This document shows, one piece after another, positions 1 through 13,510 of a stretch of DNA of 64,000 bases. Made by a program: the position numbers and the translations under genes. The DNA is from Lama glama. Lineage: Eukaryota. The notes beneath the pieces were generated by a model, which was not told the DNA's origin, searched no databases, and saw nothing but the letters and a program-made list of their open reading frames with translations. Within the stretch, counting starts at the first letter, position 1; each line of letters starts with the position of its first letter. Location: contig CM052817.1 in assembly GCA_028534125.1 (NCBI GenBank), positions 8,806,001 to 8,870,000 on the forward strand. Direction: 5' to 3'.

Positions 1-59
1 GACCCTAGGGGTCTTCTAACAACCTGACTGGGTCTTGTTATTCATTTGCTTGAAGCCAT

Positions 60-560
60 ATGATGAACTTCCAATGTGATTTAAAGTAAACCCAAATCCT
101 TCAAGCTGGCCTTCAAGACTCAGCATGATCTGTCTCTGTTCATCTCTGCAGACTCATCGCAAACCTCCTCACCCTTATCTCTGCCCTACAGACATCGATC
201 ATTCTTCCAGAGCTTCAGACACAACCCTCTCTCTACCTTCAAAACTCACAGCCTTTGTTCTCACTGCTTCCTAATCCTGCTTCTTTCTGTGACTATCTCC
301 TGCTCAGCCTTCAGATCTCGGCTTAAATGTCATCCCCTCAGTGAGCGTTAGTTGACGGTGCCCCTGGATATTCTTCATTCCTGCTTCACTGCTTTACACA
401 CAGTATTCACATTTTAAAAAGACTTTTTAATTATCTGTTTGTTTAGCATCTGCTTATAACATCTCTATGAGGAAGGGACTGGGCCTGCAAGCAAAGCCAC
501 CCTACATGCAAGGACTTTAAATGACTGGTACTTATTAGGCAATCCACAAATTAAAAAGTC
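60..560 (+). mobile_element. L2 LINE 3' fragment
   Basis: Degenerate L2 3' motifs: aaatccttcaagctggccttcaagactcagcatgatctg and cttcagatctcggcttaaatgtcatc. Confidence 0.6.
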
Positions 561-574
561 TTTGTCCTGGTACT

Positions 575-790
575 ATAGTTAGCATGCATTAGACATTTAC
601 AATGGGCCAGGTTCTGAGCTTAGCACTGTGTATGAATATTCTCATTTACTCCCACACCAAGCCTATGATGACTGCTAATATTACTCCCATTATTGATGAG
701 GAGACAGAGGCAAAGAGTATATATCTGTATAATCTGAGGCTACAGAGCTAGTGATTGCAGAGCAAGATTCAAACTCAGGCACAATTTAGG
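575..790 (-). mobile_element. MIR SINE
   Basis: Reverse-complement MIR core: ctcatttactcccacacc...cccattattgatgaggagacagaggc...gattcaaactcagg. Confidence 0.75.
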
Positions 791-1084
791 ATTTTAAGCT
801 TTACCTTGGGATTGAACAAGTGGATGCAAGGTTCTCCACCATCTCTGATTGGCTGACTCCTTGTGGGTCTCTGAGACTTTGCTCAAGCATCAATCACCCA
901 GTGAGACTTCCCTACTTTCAGTCTGAAGTGGTGTCTCTGCTGTGACCATTATCACCCTGAATCCACTGCAAACTGAGCCTGTGTCTCTCTGTTTTGATAT
1001 TGAATATATGTCTCCCCTACAATATCTGGAATTCCTCATTGGTGGAGACCATGCATATATTATTCTTTTTCCTCTGTTTATTCT

Positions 1085-1530
1085 CAATACAATAAATAAA
1101 TATTAAGCACATACTCTATCTCAATTTTATTTTAGAGACTAGGAATAGATGACGAATAAGACAGATAAATTCCCTATCTAATACAGCTTATAATTCTTGG
1201 GAAAGGGAGGCAGACATTAATATGTAAATCATTTAACAAATAAAATAATTTTAGGTAGTAATAAGTTTTATGAAAACAAAAAAATACAATGAAATAAGAT
1301 AAAGAGGGTTTAGGGGGAAAGGGTGTTACAGTTGACAGGGTGGTCAGGGAGGGCTTCTCTGAGGAAGTGACATTTGAGCCAAGATCCAAGGATGAGAAGA
1401 TCTAGAAGAAAAGTTTTCTCACAAGAGGATGCAGTGGGTGTTCCATGCGCAGGACACAGTATAGAAGTCCTAAGCTGAGAATGAGCCAGGCCTGTGCCAA
1501 GAGCAGAAAAGAGGTGGACTGGACCCAGGC
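1085..1530 (-). mobile_element. L2 LINE fragment, interrupted by LTRs and resuming near 2650
   Basis: aaatattaagcacatactctat...ggtggtcagggagggcttctctgaggaagtgacatttgagc. Confidence 0.75.
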
Positions 1531-1567
1531 TATGAGATACAATGGATCAGCCTCACTTGTCCAGAGG

Positions 1568-2025
1568 TTTGATGGTTAATTGTATGCCACAGTATGCCCA
1601 GAAATCTGATTAAACATTATGTTTAGGTGTGCCTGTGAGGAAGTTTCCAGAAGATTAGCATGTGACTTGGTGGACTAAGTTAAGCAGATTGCCCTCCTGG
1701 TGTGGATGGGCTTCACATACTCCACTGAGGGCCTGAATGGAACAAAAAGGGGAGGGAGGTTGAATTTGCACTCTGTCTGACTGCTTCAGCTGGGATCTCA
1801 ATCTTCTCCTGCCCTTGACACTTATGGTTCTCAGGGCTTCATTCCCAGACTAAGAACTACACCAACAGCTCTCTGGCTCGTAGGCCTTTAAACTGCACCA
1901 CCAGCCTTCCGGGTCTCCAGCTTGCAGATGGCAGGTTGTGGAACTTCTCAGCTTTCATAATAGTGTGAGCCAATCCCTTACATTAAATATTTTCCTATTG
2001 GTTCTGTTTCTTTGGAGAACTCCAG
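1568..2025 (+). mobile_element. MLT2 (ERVL) solo LTR
   Basis: tgatggttaatt...aagcagattgccctcc...gggtctccagcttgcagatggcag...cctattggttctgtttctttggagaac. Confidence 0.8.
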
Positions 2026-2648
2026 TTTATGTACCAGGCCTCTGCTGCAGGATTGCTTCCCAGCCCCCATGATGATTCCTTAGCTCCTCAGAGTCACAAA
2101 GCCCTGGCAGGGATTATAAACCACTACAAGCATGCCTACTTTCTTTTCACCACCAGTTATTGAGCTGCCGAGGTGAGATCTCCTCTGAGCCAGCCGAGAC
2201 AGAACTGGAGCAGCTCCAGCATCCAGGTCTGCCATCAGCTGGGCCCACAGAAACTCAGGTCTTTCCATTAGCTCTCCAGGGCATCTGGGTTATATAGTCC
2301 AGAAGTTAACAGAAGTTAGCACTCTTCAGGAAAGACTCTGACTAATTAGACATGGGGCGGGAAGGAAGCAAAGATAAATCCTTTACCCTTCCTTCCCTGA
2401 CAAACTCTAAAATAGGCTGTGCTTTCCCTGTGGTCTTTATGAGTTGTCCAGAAGCCTGTGCAAGGAGCGGCCTTTCCTGTGGTTCAGTGGCCAGCTTCGC
2501 CAGGTACCACCTTGAATTGTTCTCCTTCTTTCTCCACTTCATGCCCACGTTTTCCTCACTCTTGCTTCCCTGTGATGGCACACTGAAATAAAGCACTAAT
2601 GCATAAGATTTTGCCTGACTCTGTTTTCTAAGGACTGGAACTAATACA
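2026..2648 (+). mobile_element. Old ERVL LTR (LTR16/LTR33-like)
   Basis: LTR-type 3' end: aataaagcacta...ctctgttttcta...actaataca. Confidence 0.5.
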
Positions 2649-2649
2649 G

Positions 2650-2855
2650 AAAACCAGTCTTTCAGGAGCATAGTGAGAGAAGGAAGACGCAGGTGGGTAA
2701 AACTAAAAAGAAGGATAGATTGGATTCTATAGGGTGTTATAGGCCAGGGCAAGGGATTTAGACTATATTCCAACTGCAATCCATGGAAAGGGGTAACATG
2801 ATCCTATTTAAATATTTTTTTGAAAAAAAGATCATTTTGGCTACTTTACATGTAA
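2650..2855 (-). mobile_element. L2 continuation
   Basis: taggccagggcaagggatttagactatattcc...aacatgatcctattt...aagatcattttggctact. Confidence 0.6.
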
Positions 2856-4080
2856 TAGTCTTTGCTTAGCAGAGTTCATGCTGTGCATTAGGCCCTCAAT
2901 GCATGCTTGTTAGCTGGTTGCAGGAATGTATGTCTTCTCTAATGGGTTTTATTCTCCTAGTTAGCCTGGGTCAAATCATTTATGGACCCACCCATTAATA
3001 AATGTTTGTGGTTCTCAGACAGCATATACACATTCTTCTTTCACCCCGGAGCTTTTCCTTTCATTCCATACACTCCACTCTCTCTTATACCATTCCCCCC
3101 CATTCCTTTCCCTCGGGCAACATTTTTTATTGAGTTTGGGTTAAGAGCCTGCACTGTTAAATTTAAATTAAGAGATGATTTAGTAAGACTTAGCATTCTT
3201 GAAATTATTCTGTAGCTGAATTGCAAAAAGGAATATTCCTTTTGTCAAGTAATTAAACTCTGAATATTTGGTGGGGAAGTCTCTTGCATTATCTCTGCTC
3301 ACATGCACTGCAAAGTAGAACTGGGCATGCTGGAAATTGTCAATCTCAAGGAAGGATATTATTAATCTTCTATGAGATCCAGAGTTCAGCCTTAGGTTGG
3401 TGGGGGCTGGTGAAGGGAAATCAGCAAGTAGAAAGCAGGACGCCAATTGTCCCTTCCTTACAAAGAATGTAACATTCTTCATATTCTTGATAAATTCTTT
3501 TATAAATACTCAGAGCCAAAGCAGAAAGAATAAACAATTTCTTAAATTTTATACTGCTATGTTCCTCAGCCAATTATTCATAAGGCCCTGCATAATTTTA
3601 ATACATTCCACTCTATCTTTCCTTCCACCTGTCTGAAACCCCCCTCTACTCCTCCCTTAATACTGAAAGATGAGGTAGGCCAGACAGAAATGGGCTCACC
3701 ATTAGACACTGCAGTGCCTGCTAGCCTGGCTCTTAAGCCAAAGATAATCCAAGCCTGTTCTGAGTGGGAGCCAAGTCAGTAGCTGAAGAGATGAGAAGCA
3801 AATCCCAAGACCAAAGGCTTATAAAGAGGAATGTAAATACAAGAAAGATTTGAGACATAAGCTGGGGATGAAATGAATCCGAAGAAGAGTGGGCAGAGAC
3901 TAATGAGTGAGTTGGTATAAGCACTTCAGACATCTTTGAGACACTCAGGTCACGCCTCAATCTTAGTCACTGAGTTCATGGTGGGGGCATCTGTTGGTCT
4001 CAGTTGACTTGAAGGTTCATGATGCAGAAAAGACTCCTCCAGACACTCTTGCATCCTATATCCCAGCTGTTGCCAATAAA

Positions 4081-4099
4081 TGCCCTCAAGGGGGCACTA
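4081..4099 (+). promoter_or_regulatory. Candidate CTCF-binding site
   Basis: TGCCCTCAAGGGGGCACTA matches the CTCF core TGGCCACCAGGGGGCGCTA at 15/19 positions, in non-repeat sequence. Confidence 0.5.
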
Positions 4100-4814
4100 C
4101 TTCTGTCTCTCTGTCGTCCTCCTGAAAACTTCCTTCTTAAAGCATAAGAAACATTCTTCTTCTAAGAGTAGTCCTGGTATATTACCATCAATATGGATTT
4201 TCCAATAAATATGTTTGATTTAAGTAGTATAAAATAAAATGGAATTGAATATAATTTTTATATAGGTACTTATGTGTATGTCTACATCTTATTTCTATAC
4301 CAAAAACAATTAAAGTTGGTTAAATTAATTACATTTTATTTCCCCCAAATCTTCATCCTTATACTTCACTGTACTTCCTGACCTCATTGGGATGAGAACA
4401 CATCATTGCTGACAAGCCAAAATATATATCACCCATCCTAAAAGAGAACTACTATTTTCAAGGGTTTTCAACACAATTTTCTGCACTTAGATGTTTAGAT
4501 GGCTATTAGAATTAAAGAAAACACACTTCAATAAAATAGATTAATATTTGCATGAATAGGACTGCAGTTCAACTCCATATATAGATGTAAATCTTTGCAT
4601 AATTAACCACATTTCTAGGTCTGACACTTCCCTTGTAGGACTCCTTCTTCAAACTCTCATTCACCTGGTAAGTCAGTATGGAAGCGTGGAATCTGTGTAA
4701 CACCTGAATTCAAGTCTCAGCTAGATCACTCACTAGCTGTGGACTATTTATTCTTTCCTATATTGATTTTTAAAGTACTAACTGTGTGTCAGTCTATGTC
4801 CAAGATCTCAGATA

Positions 4815-5370
4815 CCCTGTATTGAATGATTATATGAATCAGGCTTTGGCCAGGAAAATGGAAATGACTGCATGTATTTCAAACAAGAGAAATTTAATAC
4901 TGAAATTTAGATAACAATATTGTTGGAAGATCTGAAAGGATAAAAAAAGGCGGGGGGTTGGCATTCTTGCCCAGAACTCTAGAACTGCAGGAAGTAGCTA
5001 TCACTGACCAGGGTTCTGCCCCTGGTTTGATACTGCTGCTGCAAGAAGCCACACAGGTGCCTAGCTGCTGCAGATGCTGGAGGTCTACTGGTGCTGCCCT
5101 CACACAACCCCTCCTGCTGCAGCAGAAACCAGCAAGTACAAGTCTGAAGCCACTGCTCTTCCCCGATCAAGACATGTGCCTCTCGTCTATCTTCCAGTAA
5201 TATGCCCCTGCTTTACAATTAGTACTACCGAAACGGAACCATGATGGCAAGACAGCTTGGTAAGTGTAGGTTCCAGTCTTCAGCTCTGATAGTACAAGGA
5301 AGAGTGTAAAAAAGGACAACAAATGGTTCCGAGTTGTTAAGAGAAAATATAGCCCCAATATGACACCACA
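4815..5370 (-). mobile_element. Ancient LTR-like fragment, family uncertain
   Basis: caggaaaatggaaatg...gtatttcaaacaagagaaatttaatac resembles the reverse complement of an old LTR 3' end (ATTAAA on the minus strand). Confidence 0.4.
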
Positions 5371-6534
5371 ATGAAGACAAAGTCAATAGATTTCACAGAG
5401 AACAACTTAGAACCTGATGGACTAGACAGGTAATTAAAAACATCCTGAAATGTAGAACTACCCCTAACTAAATTCTCATACTCTCGAATTTTTATGTGAA
5501 TTTCATCATTTGATATAAAACAACAAGCAAAACCTGTATGCGTGTGCTAGTGAAAACGTGCAAGTTACATGGAAATCCTGGCAACAGATGTGGATCAAAC
5601 TTCAGTAATACCTCATGTTCTCTTACAAGGATATAATTTAGTGCTCATGTCATTTAAACATGATGAGAATTATTGCTACCACCTTCCCAATACTATTAAG
5701 TGAAAATATTTTCAGGAAGCTGGAAGAGGAAAAAGCACAATGAAATAGTCGATAACAAAGCTTTAAAAGAAATTATGGATCATTCAGACAAAATGATTGT
5801 TGTAAATAAGCATCATATGACAGAGGCAGAGGTACCATATTAAAAATGCAATTATAAATTCAAGATCTTGTTATCGCTAGCTGTATAACTATGAACAAAA
5901 GAAACAAAAATAGAAGCTTGTATTTAGTTTTCCCTATTATTATGGTTGCTTGGTCTGTAAGTTTGGATGCTGATTTACAGATGTCTATTTCTTGAATCAC
6001 AAACTCCAAGAAAAGAAAGACTTTGTCAGCTCCTCAAGTTTGGATATGAGCAAATCTGAGGTATTTACTATTTTCCTTATTTTTCTCACCAGCCCCTTCC
6101 CTTTCTTTTTACCATGATCTAGCAACCAATGATATGACAGTCCTCTCCATCCCCCATTTCTCCTCACCAAACCTCACTCAAGCTCTTCAATGGATAGATA
6201 ACATTTTAAATTTGTGTTGTTTATTGATTTTACTTTTCTAAACTCCATTTTCACTCATCATACATTTTAATATATTTTATGGTTTGTTTTCATTATAGGA
6301 TGCATTGGTTTCAATGGAGGAGGAAAATGTAGTTTGTATCTGATTCACACCTGTGATAGTAAGGGATGGTCTGGATGCCACAAGCTGGACAGACATGAAT
6401 CTTCTCTTAATTTAAAGAAAATAAAATGTGGGCCCAAGCTCTCCCAAAATTTGTCATCCAACACAATTTCAGGAGCAAGTTAAATTTGGATAATGAGGGA
6501 TAATTTTAATAACAAAAATGCTTATTGACTATTT

Positions 6535-6990
6535 CAGTGGGGGAACACAAAGTTTTGAAGAAGGAGGGTCAAACTATTTGAACTAAGACATGAAGGATAA
6601 CTGGGGTTAGGTATGTAAAAGAGGAAGGGGAGCTTGGCACTGGGGACAGTTAAGGAGAAGACATGCTTCCAGGGAGAAGAAACTGTAGGTGCAAAGACCA
6701 TAAGCAAGAGGAAGTGTTTTCTGTCTCATGTTCTGAAAAATGGTAAGAATAACCATAATGTAAAATAGGAGGGGAAGAGTAGAAAGAGGAAAGCCTGCGA
6801 GGTAGGCAGATTGAAGATATCTTATTAGCCATGTTGAAGACCTTAGACTTCATTATAGATTTAAGTAGGAGCATTGGGTGGTCAATTTGAATTCTAAGAA
6901 GACAATTTTATGTGCTCTGTGGTACCTGGATTAGAGGGTATAATTTGCACATGGGGAAAACTGTTAGCAAGCCATTGTAATAGCTTCCCC
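6535..6990 (-). mobile_element. L2 fragment
   Basis: tttgaactaagacatgaaggataa...ccagggagaagaaactgtaggtgcaaagacc...agccatgttgaagaccttagactt. Confidence 0.6.
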
Positions 6991-7204
6991 AAACCTTAAT
7001 TTTCCCTTAAGTGAAAGTTATACTACTTCCCTAAGTATCATTTGTAGTCAACATCTTTCTATCTTTGGGCTTCGCTAAGTTCAATATTATTTATTTTCAT
7101 CTATGTTTGGTTAGTAAGCTAAATAATTGATATTTCATCTTACAAATATTTACTCTTTTGTTTTCCTGGAGCTCTTAGTTTACCTGGCTTAAAATTATGC
7201 ATAC

Positions 7205-7445
7205 TAATGATAATCAACATATACTGAGATTTGCTACATATAAGGCCTTGTGCTAAGTGCTTGGAATGCAGTTTCTCATTTAATACTCATAAAGTCTTTC
7301 AATTATTATTATACCCTTTTTATGGATGATGGGACTGAGGCTTAGAGAGGCAACATTTGCTTAATTAAGGTCATGAGATTAGTTTCTCATGGAGCAACTC
7401 AACCCAGGTCTGCTAGACACTAGAGCCAAAGCTTTTATCCACCAG
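7205..7445 (-). mobile_element. MIR SINE
   Basis: tgtgctaagtgctt...tctcatttaatactcat...tttatggatgatgggactgaggcttagagagg...aacccaggtctg. Confidence 0.8.
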
Positions 7446-9014
7446 TCACTGTGTGATTGACAGCTGTTCTTTTCTTGTGAGTCACACAACATGGGAACAG
7501 CGGATGGGGGATGTAGCTCACAGAAAGAGCATAGATTGGAGAAACAAAGAGACTATGTAAGGACATGTCCAAGTCCCTCAAACAATGATCAAATAGCTGG
7601 TAACATTTTATTCAAGTTAGATCTTTATTTTTCTCTCTCATCATTTACAGATAAAGAAGAAAGATCTAGAGAGCTGACAAGATTTGCTCAAGCTCTTTCA
7701 GATAGCCTGTGGTTGCAGTGACATTCAAGCCCTCAATTATTCAATGCTAAAGCTGGTACTGTTTTCACTTTGTTCATTTGTAATTGAAATGTTCAAGTAC
7801 TTCAGAGCCTTAGTTAGTAATCAAACAAACAAACAAACAAAAAACAAAAAATACTTTGGCTGGTCCCACAGTATAAAGATGCAAAAGGCAAAGTCTCCAA
7901 CTGATGACCTCCCAGTCCTGCCATGTTCTAAGGCATTTTCCTTCCTGCTCTTCTCCTGTTTGTTAATTTTCCTGTTCACTTCCCCCTCTGCAGTAGTCAC
8001 CACTCTTGGTGGTGTAGCTTATGAGGCTTTCAGGACTTTGATAAAGCTCAAAACCTTTGAACATTATTCACACTATTCTGTCGGGGGCTGAGTCATCCCT
8101 TATGGAGGTATATTGAAAATAGATGAAGGACACATTATTTTAATCAACTAACCAAACAAATTCAAGCAAACAGAACTGGTGATGTCTCCTAGAGAATACA
8201 AGACTAAACAAGAACTCACTTTACACAATAGCCCAAGATGAGAAGATGATCCTCTAAGTGCCCTGATGGTCCCTTGGGGAAGGTAAGGGCTTGTGAAGAA
8301 CTCAAGGGGCTTTTGCACAGATTGCCATGTTTCTTCCCCTTGTGAATTTGTCTCCATTTCATAGCAAGAGAAACTAAGATTCTACATCACAGGCAAAAAA
8401 AAAAAAGGGGGTTATATTCAATGTTCACTAATTCTGCATTGTTTTCATCTTTTAACCTGCAACTCTAACTTTCAGCTGCTAATCCGTACATCATTAGATG
8501 GAGGCGCAGGCGTTAACACCCACTCTTGTAACCCTAAGTGAACTTGATGTGACCTCTAAACTGCCTCTAACCCAGATGGTATGCTGCTTTTCCTGGGTGT
8601 TTCAAGGTGATAATTGATTTAAGACAACTACCACTCTTCCTAGACTTTTTAATCATGTTTTCATATCCATGTATTTAGAAAAAAATACCACTAAATTAGA
8701 TAGAATGAAGGGGTAATTATCAATCATCCAAGCTGATATTTTCTTTTTTTGAGCGTATGCAAAAAATGTTGGCATTCATGCCTTTATTAATTATAATGCC
8801 AAATAGAGATTCCTGTATTTATCTGTGGAAAATAGGAGAAAGTAAGGAAATATTTACACCTTCTTAATGCTTATAACAGAGATGATATAGTTATAAATTT
8901 TACCCTTATGCTTAATTCAAGTGAGTTAATATATTAGTGAGCAAACTTGCAAAAGAGTTAGATAAAATAAGACAGCTTATCTGATGTAAATCTAATAAAG
9001 ATACCATGAGCAAC

Positions 9015-9240
9015 TATAACAATAGCAGTTATCTTTGGTGTGTTATATGTGTAAGGCAACGGTAGAGTAACTGAACATATATTTTCTCTACTTTCTATCT
9101 AATGCTTCAGGATAAATATTAGGTTCACTTAAGAAGTAAATAAAACTTCAGAAAAGCCAGGTCACTTGCCCAAGATCACACTACTCAAGTGAAACCGAGA
9201 TGGCACTCCTCTCCCCGACTTTAAAGCCAATGTTCTTTCA
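9015..9240 (-). mobile_element. MIR SINE
   Basis: aggtcacttgcccaagatcacac plus a degenerate MIR tail. Confidence 0.6.
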
Positions 9241-10328
9241 ACAGACTAATGCCCCTATAGTAATTGATAGATTTGCTACCCAGTTGACACCATCATAAAA
9301 AACAAAACAAAAACAAAAACAACACACAAAAAACAAAGTACTACTTATTTAAGTAGAATTTTTCATTTGATGAAAGGATAAAATGAAATACTTAGAATGG
9401 AAAAGAAGTTTGCATGGCTGGTTAGTGGTGGAGCCAAAATTAGAGCCTGGCTGTTTAGACTCCTAGTCCAGGCTCTTCCTTGCATATCTGCTTCTCATTT
9501 CTGACATGTACAGATCCTAGCTGATTTCCTGCAGATCTAACTTGGGACTATTTTAATGCTATTTCTTTAGTAGTTCATTTTTCTCATTCCAAGAATCCCA
9601 AGACTGAGGAGAATAGACAGAAAGAATCCAGCACTGGTGAAGCTAAAGGAGAACTGAATGGAGAGCCCAGAAACTAGAGTTCTGGCCCAGCTCTGCAGCC
9701 ACCTGAAGGACCTTGGTCAAGCACTCAGCCCCTCTATGGTTCACACCTTCTCTAAGAGTCAGGAAGAGGCACTGCCCTTACCTAATGACTAGGGTGGTCA
9801 AGGAGACCAAGTAATGAATAAGGAAATCCTCTGCAACTTTTGAAGCACTGTATGGACTGTGATGGGTCAAAGTCCAGAACACAGTGAAGATTAGATAAGA
9901 AGTGTTGCAGAGACATTCTGGGCCCCACCCGATGCCCCCCAAACCATTCTCTTGGCTCATGGAATTTAAGCAAAGCTCTGGTGGGCATGTCAAGTGTTCT
10001 GCTGCACCCATCCCTGTTTTTTTCTTTCAGGGTTCACTCTAAGGTTTGAAGAGCTTCTAATCCCAGGAGGAAGTACAGCTGGGGAATGCTAGGGTAGTCA
10101 CCACTCACACCTGTAGTGAACAGAAATGGAAGAATGAATGCCACAGCTTCCTGTGCTTCAAAGGGACAATCCTGAGGCACATTCTACAAGATTCCTCAGA
10201 TGGTTCCTGTGGGGTTGAGCCCCAGATGCTCACCTCAGGGTCTAGCTCAACATCCTAGACTTTATTGACTGTTTTTCTTCCACTATTTACTTCCTCTCTC
10301 CCTGTCTGTGCTTCATAGCATCTCCCCT

Positions 10329-10719
10329 TGTGATGGTTAACTTTATTTGTCAACTTAACTGGGTCACAGGGTACCCAGATATTTGGTTAATCACTATTTC
10401 TGGATGTATCTGTGAGGGATTCTAAATGAGATTAATATTTGAATCAGTAGATTGATTAAAGCAGATTTTCCTCCCTGACGTGGGGGGCCTCACTCAATCT
10501 GCTGAAAGCTTGAGTTAATACAAAGGCTAAGTAAGAAAAACTTCTCTGTCTCTCTGACTGTCTTCAGATAGATACATTAGTGTTCTCTACCTTTGGACTT
10601 GGTTTCAAATTGGAACTTATACCATCAATTCTCCTGGTTCTCCAGCTAGCTGGCTGCAGATCTTGGATTTCTCAGTCTCTCTAATCACATAAGCTAAGCC
10701 CCATTCCCTTACATAAAAT

Positions 10720-10785
<66 letters not shown>

Positions 10786-10825
10786 ACTATTGGTTCTGTT
10801 TCTCTGGAAAATTAAGACTAATATA
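10329..10825 (+). mobile_element. MLT2B-type ERVL solo LTR
   Basis: tgtgatggttaactttatttgtcaacttaactggg...cccagatatttggttaa...tggttctgtttctctggaaaattaagactaatata. Confidence 0.85.
10721..10784. repeat. (GTCT)5(ATCT)11 tetranucleotide microsatellite
   Basis: Read directly from the sequence. Confidence 0.95.
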
Positions 10826-11864
10826 TGTCCCACATCAACATCTTGAACCTAAATCATTGTATTAGGCTCTGATTTAGGGAGATCTTGAATATAGATGGGT
10901 GAATTGATTTTTAAGCCCTTTTACTTCTGCGAAAGTTTACAGAATTTCTACTATGCACCAGGCACTATACTAGGGGAAAGGGGTAAATGTACAGGCTCCT
11001 GACCTTGAGGAAATGTGCAGACTAGTGAGGGTGACAGACATGGAAATGGATGATTGCAATGCAAATCAGTGAGAACCAGAAGAAAGGAAAGCATCCATGC
11101 ATCCTGGCCTCATCTCCCTGTCTCTGGATCAGCATCCATATTTGGCTGTAGTTCCAGTTATTGAGTTTCTGGTCATGCATCCTCAGTACAGACCCCTCCT
11201 CCAGGCTTGGCACAGACACCCAGCCAAGATATCTCCCCTAATGATATTTCTGGGCTTGTGCATTGACACAATGACAGCTGTGAAGAATGCTCCGTCCCAG
11301 AAAGGTCAGCGAACAGCATAATCCACAGACTAGCAGCCACTTTGCACAAAATCCATTGCTGAAACACAGATTTTAACCTTTTGCTTTTGCTAAGGCAGTC
11401 CTCGGCTCCTGCACCCTTGCCTGGGGCTGGTGATGGTGGGGAGAGACAGAGGTGGGATTTCTTACAGGAGCCCCCGATACCAGACTCCCCCCTCCCACCC
11501 TGCCGATCTCCACACATGTTGCATCTGGTGGTTTGTATCTGGGTTTATTGGACAACAGATGCCTGATTAAAAGTGGCAACGTTGCAGCTCACACCGTGGC
11601 AAATGCAAAAAAGTGGAGCATGGATCAGCCTATGTCTTCCTTTGTTCTGGAGGCCCAAAGGATTCAGCAGCTGGGGCTCCAGCATCTCTAAAGCAGCAAA
11701 TCCCTTTTCTTTTGGTTCTCTTACAAGTTAAATTCCTGCTCTGAACCAGACACTTTACTGGTACTGAGGGTCTGAAGCTAATGAGACTATACTTGCTATC
11801 CTGAGTCCCCCGTAGTCCAGTGTGGAATCCAGTGCAACACAGGGTTACATCACATCCTGGTCTT

Positions 11865-11995
11865 TCTCCGAGAGGCAGTGGGTGAAATGGTTTGGACAGG
11901 CACACCTGTGTTGGAATCCCATCTCTAACTTCTGAGTATGGGCAAGCAGCTTCATCCCTCTGAGCTCTCCAATTCTTCATCTCAAAGTGGGAGAA
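11865..11995 (+). mobile_element. MIR fragment
   Basis: ggaatcccatctctaact...gggcaagcagcttcatccctctgagc...ttcttcatct. Confidence 0.55.
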
Positions 11996-12039
11996 CAGCC
12001 TTAAACAACATCTCTTCTATTACTCCACCACTGGCTCCC

Positions 12040-12202
12040 AAGAGATGATAATTATGTGATGTGGCAGAAGTGCTAACTATCACCACAATAGCCAACATAT
12101 TACAATATATAAATGTGTCAAATCAACCTGTTGTACACCTTACATTTATGCAACGTTATATGACAGGGAACAGCAAAAAATATATTTAAATTAAAAAAAA
12201 AT
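12040..12202 (+). mobile_element. L1 3' end (L1MA9-like) with A-rich tail
   Basis: caatatataaatgtgtcaaatcaacctgttgtacaccttac followed by A-tracts. Confidence 0.75.
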
Positions 12203-12404
12203 TTAGAAAGGAGAAAAAAGAGGAAATAGGATGACTGCATAGCTGTATGGGGCAGACGTGGGCGGGGCCAGTGCATCAGGGATATCCAAGAGGAAGGGGA
12301 TGTTGCTACCCATTCCCTGCCCTCCTTGCTTGCAATGCCCAGAGCCCCTCTCTGTGCCCACTTCCTGGGCTTTGTTGATACAACTGTAACACTCTGTTTT
12401 GCCC

Positions 12405-12600
12405 TCTCCATTCCAAATTGTGACCTTCAACAGACATCAAGTCATTTAAACCACCCTGAGCTTTAGTTTCTCATCTGTAAATTGGGAGTGAAATAAAATG
12501 GCCTGGTCTATCAATCCCATTAAATTGTTGAGTGCCAAAGGACGCAATGGCTGTGACGATACTTTGTAAATTATGAGAACTTGTATGTAGCTGCTCATTA
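12405..12600 (+). mobile_element. MIR SINE
   Basis: aagtcatttaaaccaccctgagctttagtttctcatctgtaaattggg. Confidence 0.65.
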
Positions 12601-13510
12601 TCTATGTGAAAAGGCCCTGAAAGGGAAAATAAAAGTGCTGAGGGAAATTTCCTGGGTTGTAGGTACAGCTGGCCCTTCCTATCTGAATTACATGTTTTTG
12701 GTATCTTATGTATGTTGTCTTAAAACATTTTTTTCACATTATAAATACAATGCATCCTTGTAGTATTGTGTTTAAAAACACAAGGAAAAAGCTGAGAAGA
12801 AAACAAAAGCCACCCTTTATCCCACTCTACGTATCTCGTATCTCATCCTGTTAACAGAATTGTACATTTCCTTGCATTGCCTCTGCAAGTTTTGATTTGG
12901 TCTGGCTTACTTTTCAAGTTGAATAACCTGGAAACCAGCAGAAAGAGGATGGGGGAGAGTCAAGTCAGAAGAAGGAGGTGGGTGAACACAAGACTCCTGG
13001 TTTTTAGTGACGCTTAGCTGATACTTGCGTCCAAGTCCTTGATTTGAATATTAAAGAAGAAAACTCCAAAGGGGAGACATTTATGTCCTGCCTCCTCAAA
13101 CGCTTTTCGAACAAACAGGAACAGGGCTCAAAGGCTTCCAACTCAAGTGTCTAAATAATCACTTCACCAGGTACTGGCTCACTGGCCCAGAGCAGAGGCT
13201 GGGACACGAAAGGAGGCTGGGGACACTGGAGTGGGGAGAATGTGTGTCTGGGTCTGTGTGTGTGATTTCCTTCTGGGACTTCAAGGCAGCACAGGAAGGG
13301 ATCACAGTGGGCCTCAGGGATAAGGGAGAGAATGTTCATCTGCAGGAAGATTCAGGGCAAAAATAATTTTTTAAAAAAAGCAGACAAGATAAGACAAGCC
13401 TCTGGAGCTGCCTTGGAGGAGGGTTCAAGGCCAAGGACTTCTGGAGCAGAGATTGGCTGCAGGAGCCTTTGGAGTTCAGGGACTTGAACACCCCTATCTT
13501 CTCCTTAACT

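Larger units (their letters stand above)
9980..10895 (+). mobile_element. LTR16-type ERVL LTR split by MLT2B
   Basis: gggacaatcctgaggcacattctac...gttgagccccagatgctcac before the insert; aaatcattgtattaggctctgatt after it. Confidence 0.65.

Noticed and set aside
2342..2779. 145-aa minus-strand ORF
   Set aside because: Spans LTR and L2 sequence, has no ATG start and resembles no protein.
7684..8091. 135-aa plus-strand ORF
   Set aside because: TTG start, includes a MIR remnant and an (AAAC)n run, and has no recognisable domain.
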